Source of the DNA: Haliotis rufescens
Lineage: Eukaryota
Assembly (NCBI RefSeq): GCF_023055435.1
Contig: NW_025963846.1
Location: forward strand, 7,502,001-7,566,000
Direction of reading: 5' to 3'
Length of the DNA stretch: 64,000 nt
Shown here: positions 50,755-63,501 of the stretch, in pieces
Numbering within the stretch: the first letter of the stretch is position 1
Layout: each line of letters opens with the position of its first letter
Position numbers and translations under genes: made by a program
Notes under the pieces: model-generated
The model's input: only the letters and a program-made list of their open reading frames with translations
What the model was told of the DNA's origin: nothing
The model's database searches: none

Positions 50755-51576
50755 TTATATTTATGCAGGGCGACATTGACCTTGACACCATCATGACATA
50801 AAGCTTGCAATAAAAGCTGCCAATTGATTACCATTCTGTTTGGCACTGTCTTGTTGGGACGTCGGTAATATGGCAAATTTATAACTGATTTACCTTCCGC
50901 CCCGTATTTCAAGAAATCATCACAGATCTTGATCATTTACACTTAAGCCATCAGAGCATCTCAGTGTAAGTTTTGTGATCGTTGAATTTATACAATCTAT
51001 GTGGTTGTTGTTTTTGGGGTCATTCGGGTGATGAATAGATTGTGGTTACAATATGGAGTTATGATACCATGATTTGACGGCACGGACATTAACATTTGAA
51101 ACTTCGCACGGCGGGTCCGTTTCAAGTGCAATTCAGCGCCGTCATGTCTGCAGATAACACAGCTCTACACATGAAAACACGATACCTTTATCACATAAAT
51201 GACAGCTACATGGCGTACAACGGTGTCGGAGTTTCATTTCAGTTAAGACGGATATCGTGTTGCATGGCGCTGTAGCTTTTCATGACTACTTTCAGTAGTA
51301 CTTGGAAGTCTCCAGCCACATTGCCTTTCCCAAGTCCTCGGCGGTCATTATAACCCTTCCACATACCACCGGGTACCCACCTATGACTTGCAACGCGGTA
51401 AAGAACGAATCTATCATAAGAAACAGGTGAATGCAGACAGTACGTGGTACAAGCTTTCAGTTTCAAATTCATGCAATGTGCAGAGTTGACTCCCTTTCCG
51501 TGCAAGGATCCGGTGGTTGCAGGTCCATATTCATCCCGATTATTATCTTTTGCTGTCAGGGCCATTTGAAGAATTT

Positions 51577-51690
51577 GAGTGAGTGAGTGAGTGAGTATGT
51601 TTTTACGCCGCTTTTAGCAATATTCCAGCAATATCACGGCGGGGGACACCAGAAATGGGCTTCACACATTGTACCCATGTCGGGAATCGA
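51577..51690 (-). mobile_element. SINE family A, 3' part
   Basis: (gagt)n, ttttacgccgcttttagcaatattccagc, gggggacaccagaaatggg. Confidence 0.85.
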
Positions 51691-51786
51691 TACATCGGAG
51701 TAAATGCCTAAGGCCAGTATGAGTTTATGCGCCCATCCCATATCAAATAAGAAAAAACCCGACAAAACCCTTTCAATATTCATCAG

Positions 51787-51918
51787 GGGTTGTCGGGTAG
51801 CCTAATGGTTAAAGCGTTCGCTCGTCACACCGAAGACCCGGGTTCGATTCTGATGTCCGCCACTGTGAAATTGCTGATTTGTTGTCTGAAAACGGTGTAA
51901 AACCATACTCACTCACTC
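51787..51918 (+). mobile_element. SINE family A, internally deleted
   Basis: gggtagcctaatggttaaagcgttcgctcgtcacaccgaagacccgggttcgatt..actcactc. Confidence 0.85.
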
Positions 51919-52754
51919 ATAAGACATATTTGCTAAAAGCATAGCCCATTGAACTATTCCGATAATATTACGAACATGTGTTTATGAATGAGGATCAAAT
52001 AGTGATGACAACAGCAGTTCGCAAAAAGGCCAGCATATCCTGTCCCACAGGTGGCACCCGTCACAAACACATGCAAGGGAAAGTCAATTGTTTACCTAAA
52101 TATAAAAAAAATGGAACATTACGAATACATCGTGATTTAAATTAATTAAAATTAAAATTATGAAGGCTTCAATGACACTGTACCCGATGCTAGTTGAGAT
52201 CGTCATCTGCGACGTATCATGTATCATATCTATTTTAATGTCTAATCAGACTAAATAAATTGACAAGATGTGAATGGGGTCGGTTTGATCATTGATTGGT
52301 TCTATCAGCCTCTTAGCCTAGCTATGATACATCGATGTGTTTAGGAAATTGATAACAGGACCACCAGTGAAGACTTATGGGAGTCTATTATCTCTTTATT
52401 AATTACCCATTCTCAGAACGTCTCACCACCCACAGAAATTCCTTGATTCAGTATCATCGGCGAACACTGTAATGCATGTGTTCCTTGCCGTATAACAGTA
52501 ATTGTGAAAAATATGTCTCGAGGCGCCGCCAGATGAGCTACATGTAGTGGAAGGTCTCTTGTATCTATAAAAAGAGCAAAAGAGAAACAGAAAGGTGATG
52601 TTTGAAACGTACATTTCATGCCATATGCTTGATCAGGATTTTGTCAAAAATATTTCGGTATAAATGAACAGGATTGTTCATCATTGATAACTTACATAAT
52701 TACTTAACACGCTACATTTTACAGATAGACGCGTTTCTGTAGGAAGACATTTCA

Positions 52755-52928
52755 CTAGAGTGAGTGAGTGAGTTTGATTTTACGCCGCTTTAGCAATATT
52801 GCAGCAATATCACGGCGGGGGACACCAGAAATGAGCTTCACACATTGTACCCATGTCGGGAATCGAACCCGGGTCTTCGGCGTGACGAGCGAACGCTTTA
52901 ACCACTAGGCTACCCGACCGACCGCCCC
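52755..52928 (-). mobile_element. SINE family A, full length
   Basis: 7-bp TSD catttca; tRNA-Asp-like head. Confidence 0.9.
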
Positions 52929-53064
52929 CATTTCATTCAAAGTTAGCGATTTTAGATGACAATAATCCAACATGCATGTTTTGGCAGTTTAAATCATACG
53001 TAAATTGTCTACACGTATTACACAGTTCCGCTCGTAGACGCCCCAAAAGTAAGCAAAACAGCTG

Positions 53065-53450
53065 CTATTGGAGGCACCCTTTTGATGAGCAGAGCACAGT
53101 TCCGATTGGACACACCAAATGGATGGCCAGCACAAAGTTCCTATTGGAGGCGCCCCAGAGGTGGGGAGAACAGAGTTCCCTTTGGAGGTGCCCTAGAGGT
53201 TGGGAGAACACAGATCCTATTGGAGGCGCCCCAGAGGTTGGGAGAACACAGATCCTATTGGAGGCGCCCCAGAGGTTGGGAGAACACAGATCATATTGGA
53301 GGCGAGAACACAGGTGCTGTGAGAGACGCCACCTTAATGAATAAAAGACCATTCAGATTGGACACAGCACATGGGCAGAACACAGATCCCACTGGAGACG
53401 CCCTGCAAACGGGCAGAACACCGTTCCTATGAGAGACGGCCCCTTGAAGA
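53065..53450. repeat. About 38-bp GC-rich minisatellite (tattggaggcgccccagaggttgggagaacacagatcc)
   Basis: Several direct units; explains ORFs 52976-53344 and 53082-53432. Confidence 0.85.
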
Positions 53451-53551
53451 GACGCAACATAATGGACAGAGCATTGTGCCTATCGGAGAACCCTTTATAT
53501 TCAGTTAACAGAACTATGATGGATGGTACATTGTTGGACACAAACCGTAGT

Positions 53552-53827
53552 TTGTTTGTTTTTTTGTTTGTTGTTTAACGCCGCACTCAGCAATATTCCA
53601 GCTATATGAGGACAGTCTGTAAATAATCGAGTCTGGGCGAGACAATCCATCCAGTGATTGACATCATGATCATCGATCCACGCAATTGGGATCGATGACA
53701 TGAATCAACCAAGTCAGCGAGCCTGACCACCCGATCCCGTTAGTCGCCTTTTACGACAAGCATAGTCGCCTTTTACGGCAAGCATGGGTTGCAGAAGACC
53801 TATTCTACCCCGGATCTTCACGGGTCG
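53552..53827 (-). mobile_element. SINE family C, full length
   Basis: 11-bp TSD caaaccgtagt (53541-53551 and 53828-53838). Confidence 0.93.
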
Positions 53828-54142
53828 CAAACCGTAGTACTTCCTCTAGATCTTATCAAAACATAGTTCCATTTAGAATATGTCCTATGATATGGCGCAT
53901 CTTTCGGATATGGTGAAACGTTTGTTAATGACTTTTATAGTCATCCAACAGTCATATGCTACAACTTCTTGAATCTTGGTGAATGCTCGTTGTCGGTAAA
54001 TCAGTCTACCTCATGGTATTCCATGGTATTGATTTGTTATAATTCATCAACCGATGTCAATTGTCACGTTCTCGTACATAAGACTTCACCTTCTGTTTGA
54101 TGACTGCAGATCGGGATACTTTTGTTCAGATTATAGGACCAG

Positions 54143-54240
54143 TTCTCCGTTCCACAAAGCGATCTTAGTGATAGGACTACCGTAAGCCTATGTTAAAGTA
54201 TGATCAGCTTAGCGCTACGCTCGCTATGTGGAACGGGACC
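54143..54240. mobile_element. Hairpin MITE, PIF/Harbinger-like (CAG TSD)
   Basis: ccgttccacaaagcga / tcgctatgtggaacgg inverted repeat flanked by CAG on both sides. Confidence 0.65.
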
Positions 54241-56966
54241 CAGTACGTATATAATCAACAAACAACTCGATAGTGACTGAGCGAGTAAGTAAATAGTATT
54301 TTCTGCCATATTAAATGTACACATACATTACAACGGGTCCAAAATAGTCAGGCGTGGACAAACCAAACCTGTAGTCAACAGCCCGCGCAACGATCCCCGC
54401 CGTTACACGATCTTGACACAAAACCAGGTAATAATCACCAGGCGTGTCATGGCAACAGCTCGATGTGATATGCATCCACAGACGAATCATGATCACCCGA
54501 TCTTCATAGTATTCAGTACTTACGACAGCATTGGGTCAAAAGGGAAAAGAACAAGGAAACCGGTTATCATACTAGTTAATGCTTAGTTTCCTGTCACACC
54601 AACGATCCTAACAATGACTTAGATTGACCTTACACAACAGTCTCTAGATCCTCGTGGGATCGTGTGTAATCGTAGACAGCCCTTAAGGTGGGCCATGGAT
54701 AGCCATTTTTGAACGCTGACTTAGCCTTAAATACATGTTGAAATTGTTATCAGTAATACATGAATTGGCATCGTTTAATACTGAAGAAGAACAACAGATA
54801 TGGAAAATTATTGTTTTAGTCCATAAATGCTTCATTTATGATAAAAATATTAACTACTTGCTAGTTACACTTGTTTTCAAGCTAGGGTCAAGATTGCTTC
54901 GCGAACCACTCCCGCGACAGCTCTGTTAGCCGGCACATATACTTGGCCTTGGTGGCAGCGAAATGCATTGGGAACCTGTCTCTATAGATTCCGTCTGCAC
55001 TCAACTACCACCCAAGGCCGGTTTTGTGTGTGCGCTATTTCCGTGAACCAAAGAATGAAGAGCCATTAGTGAGAAGCGCGGGGGTCCATGTTGTTTTGAA
55101 GAGGGTTTGAAAAGAGTAGCTTTTGTTAACTCAATAAAGGAAATTAATGCCTTATAAATATTAGTCAGTTGACGAATGTCTAGGTGTATAGTCTAGGCCA
55201 TTGTTAACGTGAATGGTACTTTAATCTCCAAAGCGAGCATAACATCAAGAAATAGGTTTCTGTTACTGTCATACCCATTCAAACAAATTCGTAAGAATAA
55301 CTTTCATTCCAGTAAATCAAGAAAATTCATATTAAAAGGACAGTCAAACGTTTGTAATAGGGCCCTAATCTCTACTTTCTCCCCGGCTGTCTAACACTGC
55401 CCGCTACTGCTCAATACTTGTCGTGAGTCTATTTCTTCGCTAACGCAACTGAGCGTGACACGAGAATGGGCTACCGTCTGTAAGAACAGCGAAGATACAT
55501 TTTGAGGAATATCTACACGCATTGCTGAACACTAATTGGTTACCCGTGATCTATATATGAAGATTTCGATATTACAATACGCGCATGTTAATTATATTTT
55601 ACAGCTAAACAAACATGCAAAAGGAATGATGGAAGCTCATCGGATGTAGTTATTTGGAAATACCCCGGATGGTTATATGTAGTTTAATTAAACAAAAGTA
55701 TCGCTACAGTGAAAGCTTTTTCGATTTTCGGTTTGCTAAGATAATACGATTACTACTCCCTTGTTGTCATCCATGTTTTCTGGTAAAACCCTACATTTGT
55801 GTATTTGTTGTCATTCGTGTGATGTTAAGTTAATGAATGTATTACAGGTGTAATTAGTGGTAGCACCACTCAGATTACCTGACAAAGGTCCCACTTGGCA
55901 TTTCTTGTGTCTTAGGTAATTATTCAATTTAAATCCAGGTCTGAAGTGGGGTGAAATGTATTTGTAATGTGCACGTGACAGCGCAGCAAGAGTCGCCTCT
56001 TAGCTTTCTGTGGACCTTTATTACTCAGATAATAAATCACCTTTCGGCGGTACATCAGTACAAATAGAACATTGCAGTTTATAGTATGAACGACAAGATG
56101 ATTTTAATTTCATATTAATTTGTTTTGTGAACTTTGATAAATCCTAATGGTTGAGATATTGTTTGACAGTTGACGGTAATTTGAAAGGTTAGGCTATGTA
56201 CAGTAGTAATCTTTTAAGGTTGATTTTACGTTTATATATAAAGTATGGGAATATAAATAAATAATGTAATTCATATCCAACTGATTTTGAATCACAAAAA
56301 GTAGACATTATTTATTCACGTGGGAGGTTGTAGCCATCTTCCAGTTTCTATAGGGAGTCCACGATAACTTGTTTTAAAATAAAGATTTAGAGATGTCGCC
56401 TGGAAGGAGTAAGTGATTTTTGAAAGAGGGCGAGTCCTTTATTACCTTAGAATATATACTTTTAGATGAATCATTCGGAGAGGAATGATCAGTTGAGACA
56501 CCAAAAACACCATCCATCAAAGGATTAACGAAAATACATTGATTGATTAATCACTGTTATCTTGCACATTGGATTTGTCAAAAGTAAGTGTTAACATGTG
56601 TAGGTTTACTAAAGCAGACGGAATACCCCCATATCTGGCGTTAAGTGCCTATGTACAGCAACTTTGTTCAAAGGATTAAACTAAGATACGTTGATTGATT
56701 GTTCATTTGTATCTAACACAATGGATTTTTTAAAGAACCATGGTCATCATGAATATACTTGTTAAGTGTGCTATCTCTGTAGACCAATGAAGCTTGGCAC
56801 CTATGTGAAATACTTGAATCAAACTTACGATGAGTTGAGAAACTACCACGAGTTATAATATCCTGAAACGCTATATCTATTTTAAAATATTAAACTGTTA
56901 CAAAGACGCGTTACATCGAAGACGTTTCTTTGTACAGTTCTTGACGTATGGGATGATGTTCCTTTA

Positions 56967-58099
56967 GGGCTCAGTCACACATTCAGGGTTTCTACTGCCG
57001 TCCTTGATAGGACCATTACCGATTAAAATTTGGCAAAAGTCTGATCAAGATCCAGTGATTCGTGGCGGGAAATTCACTAACAATCAGATATGGTTCAGGA
57101 AGCGTCCCGATTCAGCCCTTTCTAGCCGAATTCGTACCGAATCTCCCGTTCTCAATCCGAATCTGATCCGATTTTATCTTCCGCATCTACAAAACGACCG
57201 CATTTGTCCCGACAGCGTCCCGATTCTCCCGAATGCGATCCGACAGAGATAAGACAGTGACCGGACAGTGAACCGATAAAGACGGTTTGCATTCGGCAAG
57301 ATCTGGACGCAATCTGGACCCAATCGACAAGAAACGGCAATGAACAATTCATGCCCGTTCATCACGACAGGACCGCCTCCGTGGCCTTGTGGTAGAGCGT
57401 CCGCCCGGAGAGCGGAAGGTCCAGGGTTCGATCCCGGGCCGCGTCATACAAAAAGACGTTAAAAGATTGTACTTGTTGTTATCCTGTCTGGCGCTCGGCA
57501 TTAAGGGGCTAAAACAAGGACTGGTCGGCTCGGAGTCAGTATACTGTGTCTGAGTGGGGTATTCATGTTAAACTGCGGCATGGTATCTCAGTGAGCTAGC
57601 ACTATAAATCGGCATCAGTCCGGACTAGTACAAGCAGCCACACACACACATACACGTGCATGCACGTCGCTATATATAAGTGCAATAATCTTGGACGCGA
57701 CGTTAAACCCAATTTCACCTCACCTCACCTCACCTCACCTCACCTCATCACGACAGCGTCCCCGTCCACAGGACATCGTCCAGACAACACAGGACATTGT
57801 TACGATTTTGATCCGATACAGCAGAATCTCTCACGACATAGTCACGATTGCATTCCGACTGATAATCGGCTGAGTTTCCCGAATGTTACGGGACGCACCA
57901 TACTGTCTGGAGTGCGTGGCCGACCTCTCTGGACCTTTCCAGATCCGTAGGACTCTGTTACGAACGTATACGACTGCGTTCAGAAAATGATAGGACATTC
58001 CAGATCATTGAGCGTAGTAATCCGACTTTTTCACTTTTCGTGTCGTAGCGCTGTCTGATCTCAAATGGGACCCATAATCGGCACTGTGTGAACTTTGCC
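56967..58099. mobile_element. Probable non-autonomous PIF/Harbinger-like element interrupted by a SINE
   Basis: Ends gggctcagtcacac / gtgtgaactttgcc with TTA flanks; internal ccga/cgat-rich sequence. Confidence 0.5.
57371..57744 (+). mobile_element. SINE family D (Meta-like), full length
   Basis: 12-bp TSD tcatcacgacag; (cacct)n tail. Confidence 0.95.
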
Positions 58100-59384
58100 T
58101 TATGTGGATATTTACAGATACATTCCTCGAACAAGGTAGCTGCCTAATTGTATACACATAACTTTGATCAGTTTTAATTACGATATTTGCATTTGTTTTC
58201 ATTAATTCGCTGTCGCTTTGAACAGAATCATTGAAAATCTTGTTCATCTACGTTTTTGCTTGGAGGTTCTTCGTTGCGAGACAGGCAACACCCAGTCGTT
58301 GTTATCACAAGCCTTTTCGTTTGTAGGCGTGTATATGTTACTGTCAAAGTGTAACATGTGTTTTTCACTCAGCCAATTTATGAAATGCCCAAACATTTCA
58401 GTCATTTTACAAATTGACTGAAAACTTTTTCCATTCATTTAACAGATTGACTAAAAGTTATGAAGACGTTCAAAAGGGTTTGACAACATTACAATAGGCT
58501 AATTATGCTACGATTAGAAACCCAAACATATAGAAATGTAGAAGGACTTTCATTTCACTTTTTTCCGATTATTTTCAGTAATTTAATGATGAAATTAAAC
58601 AACAAAATGTTTTTAATTCGTTATCGTAATAACATCAATGGACAGTTTTTTCATTCAGTTTGTAAAATAACTGAATATGTATGCATGAAATAAACTGCCT
58701 CAGTGAAAATTGTTGTAATTTTACACATTGACCATAACATGGTACACACGATAAAATAAGCAATGTTCAGGTGAAATATTTTGTTTGTGTTAGAAGTGAA
58801 ATCAGTGTAAACGAAAATAGCACAATTCCAAGCAAGTGACTTATCACAACTTTGTCACCATTACCACTGCTACCTACGATACCTACAAAACTGTATTTCA
58901 GTCTGTTGATCAATGTGACGATCCGCCCTTATTCTAACAATTAAAGCTACAAATGCGCTTAGGTTTTGGCGCCGCAAAGGTTGCGAACTAGTCAAGATTT
59001 CTGGGATATCATCCAGGTATCCACGGGGGAAAAACCAATAACAAAGACAACAACCAGTGCCGATGAATTGTCAGAGAACGGTGCCCCTTTAAGGACCGGT
59101 GAAATTCCGGTATGGGAAAGAATTATTTTATCAAGTCTCATTCAACTGCGACACAAATGTCTTCTCATAAATATCTTCCTTGTCCTGATAAAAACGTAAG
59201 AATACTCAGCTAATAGGATTTTCAACTGATGTTCTAATGTTATATACTGAAATATGCCATGACTAATTGCCATCGCTCTATTCACTTCCCGTTATATAAT
59301 GACAACTCTAAGCACACAAGCACATCATCGACTCAGAAGTAATTTCTTCACGTTAAGCCAAAGGCGTGTTCACTCTCAATGAAT

Positions 59385-62235
59385 TCACTGTGTGACTGTG
59401 GACAATAGGCATTTATACTAAATAGTCATTGTGTGACTGTGTACTATAAGCTTCTACATTCACCACTCAATGCATGACTGTGTACTACAGGCCTGTACAC
59501 TCACCACTCATTGTGTGACTGTGTACTACAGCCCTGTACACTCACCACTCATCGTATGGCTGTGTACGACAGGCCTGCACACTCACCACTCATTGTGTGA
59601 CTGTGTACCACAGGCCTGTACACTCACCATTCATTGTGTGACTGTGTACTAGAGGCCTGTACACTCACCACTCATTTTGTGACTGTGTACTAGAGGCCTG
59701 TACACTCACCACTCATTGTATGACTGTGTACTAGAGGCCTGTACACTCACCATTCATTATGTGACTGTGTACTAGAGGCCTGTACATTCACCACTCATTG
59801 TATGACTGTGTACTAGAGGCCTGTACACTCAACACTCATTGTGTGACTGTGTACTACAGGCCTGTACACTCACCACTCATTGTGTGACTGTGTACTACAG
59901 GCCTGTACACTCAATTCATCGTGTGACTGTGTACTACAGGCCTGTACACTCACAACTCATCGTATGACTGTGTCCTAAAGGCCTGTACACTCAATTCATT
60001 GTATGGCTGTGTACGGCAGGTCAGTTCACTCAACACTCATTGTACAAGAGGCCTGTACACTCAATTCATTGTATGACTGTGTCCTAGAGGCCTGTACACT
60101 CACCACTCATTGTATGACTGTGTCCTAAAGGCCTGTACACTCAATTCATTGTATGACTGTGTACTAGTGGCCTGTATTCTCAATTCATTGTGTGACTGTG
60201 TACTAGAGACCTGTACACTCACCATTTATTGTATGACTATGAACTTGAGGCATGTACACTCACCACTCATTGTATGACTGTGTACTTGAGGCCTGTACAC
60301 TCACCACTCATTGTATGACTGTGTACGACAGGCCAGTACACTCACCGCTCATTGTATGACTGTGTACTAGAGGCCAGTACACTCACCACTCATTGTATGA
60401 CTGTGTACTAGAGGCTTGTACACTCAATTCATTGTATGACTGTGTACTACAGGCCTGTACACTCAATTCATTGTATGACTGTGTACTAGTGGCCTGTATT
60501 CTCAATTCATTGTGTGACTGTGTACTAGAGACCTGTACACTCACCATTTATTGTATGACTGTGAACTTGAGGTATGTACACTCACCACTCATTGTGTGAC
60601 TGTGTACTTGAGGCCTGTACACTCACCACTTATTGTATGACTGTGTACGACAGGCCAGTACACTCACCACTCATTGTATGACTGTGTACGACAGGCCTGT
60701 ACACTCACCACTCATTGTATGACTGTGTACGACAGGCCTGCACACTCACCACTCATTGTATGACTGTGTACTAGAGGCCTGTACACTCAACACTCATGGT
60801 ATGACTGTGTACGAGAGGCCTGTACACTCACCACTCATTGTTTGACTGTGTACTACAGGCCAGTACACTCACCACTCATTGTATGACTGTGTACTACAGG
60901 CCGGTACACTCACCATTCATCGTGTGACTGTGTACTACAGGCCTGTACACTCACCACTCATTGTGTGACTGTGTACTGGAGGCCTGTACACTCACCACTC
61001 ATTGTGTGACTGTGTACTACAGGCCTGTACACTCACCACTCATTGTGTGACTGTGTACTACAGGCCTGTACATTCACAACCCATTGTGTGACTGTGTACT
61101 ACAGGCCTGTACACTCACCACTCATTGTGTGACTGTGTACTACAGCCCTGTACACTCACCACTCATTGTTAGACTGTGTACTAGAGGCCCGTACACTCAC
61201 CACTCATTGTGTGACTGTGTACTACGGGCCTGTACACTCACCATTCATTGTGTGACTGTGTACTACAGGCCTGTACACTCACCACTCATTGTGTGATTGT
61301 GTACTAGAGGCCTGTACACTCACCACTCATTGTGTGACTGTGTACTACAGGCCTGTACACTCACCACTCATTGTGTGACTGTGTACTAAAGGCCTGTACA
61401 CTCACCACTCATTGTGTGACTGTGTACTACATGCCTGTACACTCAACACTCATTGTGTGACTGTGTACTAGAGGCCTGTACACTCGCCACTCATTGTGTG
61501 ACTGTGTACTACAGGCCTGTACACTCGCCTCTCATTGTATGACTGTGTACTAGAGGCCGGTACACTCACCACTCATTGTGTGACTGTGTACCACAGGCCA
61601 GTACACTCACCTCTCATTGTGTGACTGTGTACTACAGGCCGGTACACTCACCTCTCATTGTATGACTGTGTACCACAGACCTGTACACTCACCTCTCATT
61701 GTATGACTGTGTACTAGAGGCCGGTACACTCACCACTCATTGTGTGACTGTGTACCACAGGCCAGTACACTCACCTCTCATTGTGTGACTGTGTACTACA
61801 GGCCGGTACACTCACCTCTCATTGTATGACTGTGTACCACAGACCTGTACACTCACCTCTCATTGTATGACTGTGTACTAGAGGCCGGTACACTCACCAC
61901 TCATTGTGTGACTGTGTACCACAGGCCTGTACACTCACCTCTCATTGTGTGACTGTGTACGAAAGGCCAGTACACTCACCACTCATTGTGTGACTGTGTA
62001 CCACAGGCCCGTACACTCACCTCTCATTGTGTGACTGTGTACTACAGCCCTCTACACTCACCACTCATCGTATGGCTGTGTACGACAGGCCTGCACACTC
62101 ACCACTCATTGTGTGACTGTGTACCACAGGCCTGTACACTCACCACTCATTGTGTGACTGTGTACTACAGGCCTGTACACTCACCACTCATTGTGTGACT
62201 GTGTACTACAGGCCTGTACACTCACCACTCATTTT
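59385..62235. repeat. 41-bp minisatellite (tgtgtgactgtgtactacaggcctgtacactcaccactcat), about 70 units
   Basis: Period checked at 62101/62142; some 38-bp variant units. Confidence 0.97.
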
Positions 62236-62322
62236 GTAGTATAGCCTGTTGAACACAAACTCATTGTTTTCCCCCTTACTCAAACGAACATAAAACAGAA
62301 GCTCATCATGGCCTTTGAACTG

Positions 62323-62328
62323 TTTATT
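62323..62328 (-). promoter_or_regulatory. Candidate polyadenylation signal (AATAAA) for the mGluR-like gene
   Basis: tttatt on the + strand about 840 nt downstream of the stop codon, just before the 41-bp array. Confidence 0.35.
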
Positions 62329-63168
62329 GCGATCATTCGGGCGCCCTCCCCTTCACCGCCCTGTTCGTTGAGCGAAGCAGAAATTGTAGAAGTGCTGCTT
62401 AGCAACGAATAACACGAAAACATAAATTTTGTGAAATCAATACAAAACAAAACAGCACAAACATGTAATGAAATGCAACGCCACGTATAACGTGAAATAT
62501 CTCTAACTTGATACACGGAAGAATATATTTCATTCAAATTAAGCTTTCTTTACAGGGAACCTGTTGAAAAGGGGTTTTAAAAAATGGATATGTACAATGC
62601 TGCATGATATGAATGTACTATCCAAATGACATGTCAATCATATTCATAGACATGATACCAAAACGCCTTTTCAAATTAGGAAACTCAGTTAAATCACGTA
62701 TGTACAGCAGTAATCCCTATTTGAAAAGGAAGGGGTCATATTTTAGATATCATGTTCATGAACAGGATTTACAATCATTTGAAATGAAATAGGATACACA
62801 ACAGTAACAATATATCCTTTGCATCCCCCTCTGCATCCTCTCCTCGTCGTTGTTGGTCAAGGTACAGTCTGTACACAGTTCGCGAAGGGTAAGAACCAGT
62901 TCGTACTTAATTAGATATGGCGTGGCATGGTACATGACATTATAAACATCATCACGCCAACACGAAATATGGTTTCGTCCTCTTTGTGGAATAATACATG
63001 GTACACGAGATCTTTGAAACAATTATGGCACTGTTATAATGAGCATGTGTAGATATAAAAAATTCAAATTCAAAGACAATAAAATATATCTAGTCAGCAC
63101 TTTTCCGACGCACACGTCTCCTTCACACACAATGCATTCCTTCAACACACTCTGATGACCATCCCGGT

Positions 63169-63501
63169 TCACGAAGCACCGCTAGATGGCGCCTGCATGG
63201 CCACACCCTCGTCACAAGACGATGTCTCCTCTAGGCTGTCTGAAAACACATTGTTCTCCACATGTTGAATGTCCTTATGGATACTGCCGTTCTGGGCAGT
63301 GCTGGCAGTGACTGGCGTGGGGCCACCATAGAACGCCCTGTTGGTTTTATTATTTGCAGCACTTTGAATGGAAGTAGATGTGGCTTGGCGAACGTTTTTG
63401 TGAGGCTGGCACAAGACGACGTACACCTTGGGAGCGAACAGGCAGAATAGGGCTACAGTTGCACTGATGCTGACACCCATACACAGCGATGTCACCTCGA
63501 T
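63169..63501 (-). CDS. Terminal coding exon (TM7 and cytoplasmic tail) of a metabotropic glutamate receptor-like class C GPCR
   Basis: Pyrimidine-rich acceptor ttttttctag at 63502-63511, then IEVTSLCMGVSISATVALFCLFAPKVYVVLCQPHKNVR (mGluR S.SA.V.L..LF.PKVY....P.KNV signature) to a TGA stop. Upstream exons lie beyond the window. Confidence 0.92.
   Translation of the reverse strand: MEVTSLCMGVSISATVALFCLFAPKVYVVLCQPHKNVRQATSTSIQSAANNKTNRAFYGGPTPVTASTAQNGSIHKDIQHVENNVFSDSLEETSSCDEGVAMQAPSSGAS

Noticed and set aside
54684-55390. Possible TTAA-flanked (Kolobok-like) non-autonomous element
   Set aside because: Only one candidate end and an internal inverted repeat were seen; no matching second terminus
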